Source: Nemertoderma westbladi
Lineage: Eukaryota; Animalia; Xenacoelomorpha
Assembly: GCA_032718475.1 (NCBI GenBank)
Contig: JAUCBJ010001826.1
Location: 1 to 49,950, forward strand
Direction of reading: 5' to 3'
DNA: 49,950 nt
The stretch's first letter is position 1. Every line of letters begins with the position of its first letter. The notes under the pieces were generated by a model that saw only the letters and a list, made by a program, of their open reading frames with translations, searched no databases and was not told where the DNA came from. Both the position numbers and the translations under genes were made by a program. Positions 45,121-49,950 of this stretch are shown here, piece after piece.

Positions 45121-47152
45121 TACTACTACATGTAGGATCGGCATGCTGCATTGCCGCTGCATTTTTAAGAATGCTGTGCCGGCTCATCGACAAAACTGCA
45201 CCGCCACAACTCCCTATCACCCATGCAATTTGCTAGATCATCCGCATCTTCAGGGCCAGTGTCCTTTAAGATGCGTCTCAAGAATGTCGTGGGCTGTCCA
45301 CCATTCTTATTCACTCCATGAGGCTGCCAAAGCACAAGATTATGGCTACTACTACTAGGATCGGCATGCTGCATTGCAGATGCATTTTTAAGAATGCTGT
45401 GCCGGCTTATCGACAAAATTGCACCGCCACAACTCCCTATCACCCATGTCATATGCTAGATCATCCGCATCTTCAAGGCCAGTGTCCTTTAAGATGCGTC
45501 TCTCGAGAAAGTCATGGGCTGTCCACCATGCTTATTCACTCCATAAGGCTGCCAAAGTACAAGATTATGCACTGGCTGGTCCTCACGGCGAAAGCAATGT
45601 CCTGCAAAGCGGAGGCGATTTTGTTCTAGTGTCAAGCTTGGGGGAACCAATGAGACACCTCCAATGTTATATAGTGTCTGGTTGGAGATGTGTGCATTGT
45701 ACAATGAACCCGGCGTAGCATTCTTGTGAATGTGCCATCCAGAGATTTTGTGTCCTCAGCAGTTAGAGCCCAGCATGGATTCCCATAGAGGAGTACTGGA
45801 ACTACTGCTGCTCTAAATAATCGGACCTTAAGTTTCCGATTAATTCTCGTTGACTTCCAAATCCTGGAAAGCCTATTCAAAGCTGCCCATGCCTTTCCCT
45901 TACGTATTCGAAGGTCCTCACCTGACTTCCGGATCCATGATCCCAGGTAACAGAAGTCATCCACATGCTCAAGCATACCATCTTTTGAGCTTATGCTCAT
46001 CCGATCAGAGACTTGCTGAGGACTTTCAAAGTTCTCTGTCAAAATTTTGGTCTTTCTGGAGTTAATAAAAAGACCAACACTAGAAGCAGCATGTCCTAAT
46101 GAGCTGAGGAGCCGTTGGGCTCCTTCTAATGATTCTTAGAGTACTCCTAAGTCATCAGCATAGTCTAGATCAGTTAGGTACTTGGCAGGATTTCCTCGAC
46201 TTCTGGAGCCAGTAGGTGGGGATATCATCACTCCATCATCATTATGATGATCTAAAGACATACGTAGAACATAGTCAACTACAATTATGAACAAGAATGG
46301 TGCAAGTGTGTCTCCCTGGAGGACACCCCATAACACTTCAAATGGTTCTGTGTCACCGTCAACAGTAGACACAAATGTTGTCGAACCATCGTATATTGAT
46401 CTGATTACTGCAATACTTTCATCAGGAATCCCATATATTGAAAGTATGCTGAACATAGGTGAGCGAGAGACTGAATCAAAGGCCTTGAAGAAGTCAACAA
46501 AGATAACAGCCAGATGCCTGTCTTTCTTTTTTGATAACTCTTCAATTATCCTTCTAAGTGCCAAAATGGACTCCATGGTCCCACGACCTTTACGGAACCC
46601 ATTCTGATTTCCACGGAGCAGTCTCTCAATGGGATCCCTGATGCGATTTAATAGAATTCTATTGTATAGCTTTGCAGCAATCGAGATCAATGAGATTCCC
46701 CGAAAAGAACCATAGAGTGTTGGGTTGCCTTTCTTGGGAACTGGCACCAACTTATTTGTTTTCATTTCTTGTGGGACTCTTGTTGTTCGGTACATGTCTA
46801 CTATGATGGGATAGATGAGCTTTAAACACTCAGGTATTTTGAAGACCTCAGGGGGAACACCATGATTATGGCATGGGCTGGTCATCAGGCGAAAGCAATG
46901 TCATGCAAAGCGGAGGCGGCTTTGTTCTAGTGTCAAGCTTGGGGGAACCAATGAGACACCTCCAATGTTATATAGTGTCTGTTTGTAGATGTGTGTATTG
47001 TACTTGACACAGTGAACCCGGCGTGAATGTGCCATACAGGGATTTGGTGTCCTCAGCAGTTAGAGCCCCACCATAGACTTCCATAGAGGACTACTGGAAC
47101 TACTGCTGTTCTAAAGAATCGTACCATAAGTTTTCGATGAATTCTGTGTGAC
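45121..47152 (-). mobile_element. Degenerate 5'-truncated RTE-clade LINE with duplicated segments
   Basis: RT and post-RT motifs; (TAG)n tails at about 45121 and 45346; 46864-47152 repeats 45563-45853. Confidence 0.9.
45632..46863 (-). pseudogene. RTE reverse transcriptase, interrupted by a stop (46136-46138) and frameshifts
   Basis: PVPKKG, RGISL, NQNGFRKGR, FVDFFKAFDS, GVLQGDTLAPFLF, DLDYADD, FCYLGS, KLKVRLFRAAVVPVLLYG. Confidence 0.92.
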
Positions 47153-49251
47153 TTATATGCTTCCTTCATAGTGCATTGCATTGCATAGGTAGGGCTACTG
47201 GTGCTACCAGTACTGTAGGCCACTAAACACACAATATGTTAAAATTAATTTTCAAGTATACCTGTAATAATGTGTTAACTCCCCGAAACAATCCCGTCTA
47301 GTACTTGAGTGATATATTATTTTCATCAGAACTATTAGTGGAATGTTGTAGGCTACATATATTGATGATTATATGAACAGGACGAGCGCAGCGAGGCTTA
47401 AAAAGGATGCGAGTAATATTTAAACTCCGAGCTACCAGACTAAGTAAAAGATGCAAGTATGGTATTTGTTTATATTTGATTTAGTAGGCCTTGGCCATGC
47501 GTCAGGCTGTCAGGTCAGATGAGTTCCACGAGTCCATCAGTCTGTAGTCTGATTGTTGTTACTGGCACGCTCAAGGAGTTGAAGGTACCGTCAGCTGCCA
47601 AGGATTTGATAACGGCCAACGACTGTGAGGGTGAGGCGCTAAAATGTTACGGCGTGAAATTCATAGACTAAAACTCTTCCCATTTTCAACAATACTTATA
47701 CACGTCCTGTACAATGCTTCATTAAAATCTTCCAATAATTTCCATCGTCTGTATTTTTAGTACTCGCACTATTTAGATAATTTATCTTATTTAGTTAATC
47801 TTTCTTAATTTGGTTTCTGTTATTGAAAATGTGGTATTTTATAATTTGTATGATTGTGTATGAGTCGTGTCGTGTGTATTGTTTTATGGTGGGTTATACA
47901 CTGTATGTTTAATGTGTTTTATGTTCAACCTGTGTACCAATCATATTTTGTGCTATGTTTTGTTTGTGCTAATCATTTTTATTAATCAATAGTTGACATA
48001 ATAATAATAATAATTGATAAATTTATTATTTTGCATTGCAAATTAAATTGGTTCTTATACAGTATAGTCAAATTCTTGCATTAACATGCATAACAACCCG
48101 TTGCTCACCCCGGGGCTGAACTGACTATATGTCAAAAATAATTTCCCCGGAGATTTGGGCAAGTTTTTTGAATTTTGATTTTTAAAATGCTTTAGCAATA
48201 GCTCTGTAGGCCTATTTGATTGTGTTCATTGTTAGTTAATCAATAACTGTTTACTTTTCATGTATTAATTTATATTGCATGAGCAAATGTGCTGTAACAA
48301 TAACAATGTTATTTTATATTGTTTTTACTTTATAAATGTTTTTAAAATCCAAATAATTGATGGTGGGGGGGGGGGGGGGGGGCGTAGGTGTCGTTAAACT
48401 GCAGACATTAATTACCCCCTGAAATTTCGAAAGTGGCCAAAAGTTATTTACTATTGTGATGGGATAATTATTGGTACAGTTCTGAAAAGTGTTAGACCTG
48501 TAAGAGTAAAATCATAAAAAATATATAAAATTTTGATGAAATTCAAACCACTATCTCTGGACTGGACGGAGCTATTGAGATGCAGTTTTTCCTATGGTGG
48601 TTCTCCATTGTTTTATAAATACAATGTTTGTGAATTTGAGCACCGGTGCCCAAAGGCATTCCCACAAAATGCAAATAACTAAATGTACGTTGTTGAACAC
48701 AGGTGCACAATCTGCTGTTGAGGAACTGCACTGCACAGGAATGTTCACGGGTGCATAATCCGCACTAACTAAACGCCAAGCCCCTAATCATGCCGCAGTC
48801 ATGGAGCACATGGTTGTTCACCGGTGCACAATCCGCAGTAACAAAGAACCAGTGGTTTCGGAGCCGCAGCTAACGTGTTAAAAGTGAGAATATATACAAA
48901 AAAAGCATTTGAAGCAAGGAAACCTGGTAAGCCTATGGCAATGTGCACAACATTACTATGCTGCTATGGGTGAAAATTGAACTTTAAATCTGTAGAATAG
49001 TGAAATGTAAATCTAAATTGCACTGAATTGGTAATTATAGCGGATTGTATATAGGTCTACTGTAACTAAACATCAAAGTAATTATTTGACAAAAAAGTGA
49101 CCTTCAACAAATAAATACTTTCTGACTTTGTTGTTCATCAAAAGTTGTGTTCAATTACTTACAGTAGGACAGGACTACATGTAATTATGTTTTACATCGC
49201 CAATTAATAGTGTTATCTGTTATGATAAAAAAAACTTATAAATTTTGAACT

Positions 49252-49550
49252 AAAACATTACCTGTTTTTCTAAACATATGCTTAACACAAGCCGGCATGT
49301 AAGTACGGAAACCGAGTAGTTAATACGAAATAGTTGAAATAACCTGCCACTAATGCATACGACGACATACATAACTGCATAAAGACCCGCCTCATTAAGG
49401 GGGTCGGGTACTTTCAATATGCGTACTCCCTCGTATTCGAGATTTGCAGTTTAATGATTTTAAATTTTATTGTTTTATAAATTGTCAATTAATATTTCCG
49501 TACTTACATATGTTTTAAGCATATGTTTAGAAAAAACAGGTAATTTTTGG
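49252..49550. mobile_element. ~300-bp fold-back MITE-like element
   Basis: attacctgtttttctaaacatatgcttaa...atgtaagtacggaaa pairs with tttccgtacttacat...ttaagcatatgtttagaaaaaacaggtaat. Confidence 0.7.
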
Positions 49551-49950
49551 TGCGCAAGAGCGCGCAAGCGCGCACATGTGGCTTGCTCCATGCTCCTGTG
49601 GACTCACGGCGCACATTTTTGGCCTTTTCCGCGCACGCGCACCCATTACAGCATTATTTTCAGTGCACAACGCGTTTTAATTTTTGCAAACATTTTCAGT
49701 CTGGCTGGTACCTAGCTGCCTGTCTGAGGTCGCTAGGTACTAGGCACCATGTATCGTCTATCGTCTTCTACTGCTGACAGCAGTAGAGTACAGCAGTACA
49801 GGCTGACAGAGGAGTAGCTGAATAGGGCGGCTGGGCGGTACAGCTGACAGCCTGCAGCCAGGCAGCCTGACATTCAGACAATCTAACAGTAGCTCATTCT
49901 ACTTTTTAGTACCGGTATTGGCCTAGATGTTTTTTTAGCTCATTCTACAG

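Overview
AT-rich, almost entirely repetitive animal-type (probably invertebrate) genomic DNA; no intact host gene, rRNA, tRNA or CRISPR array could be supported. From left to right: the end of a Tc1/mariner-like element; RTE-LINE fragments and the 3' part of an Academ-like DNA transposon; a 32-bp satellite (3.8-6.1 kb); an 11.2-kb nest of non-autonomous Helitron-like elements (7674-18857) whose insertion history can be read base by base; an intronless DDX1 5' pseudogene fragment riddled with micro-duplications (18.9-19.8 kb); a 57-bp satellite interrupted by (i) a young 10.9-kb BEL/Pao LTR element that keeps an open Gag-protease ORF, has lost RT and integrase in frame and carries an extra zinc-knuckle region, and (ii) a CRE-clade non-LTR element with a 15-bp TSD; then MITE/SINE debris and a degenerate RTE LINE (45.1-47.2 kb). 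The most notable observations are the composite Helitron nest with end bypass and possible sequence capture, the pol-deleted BEL element with an extra CCHC protein, and dense transposon-excision-like footprints near promoter-like regions. All family assignments come from motif recognition by eye; no database search was run.
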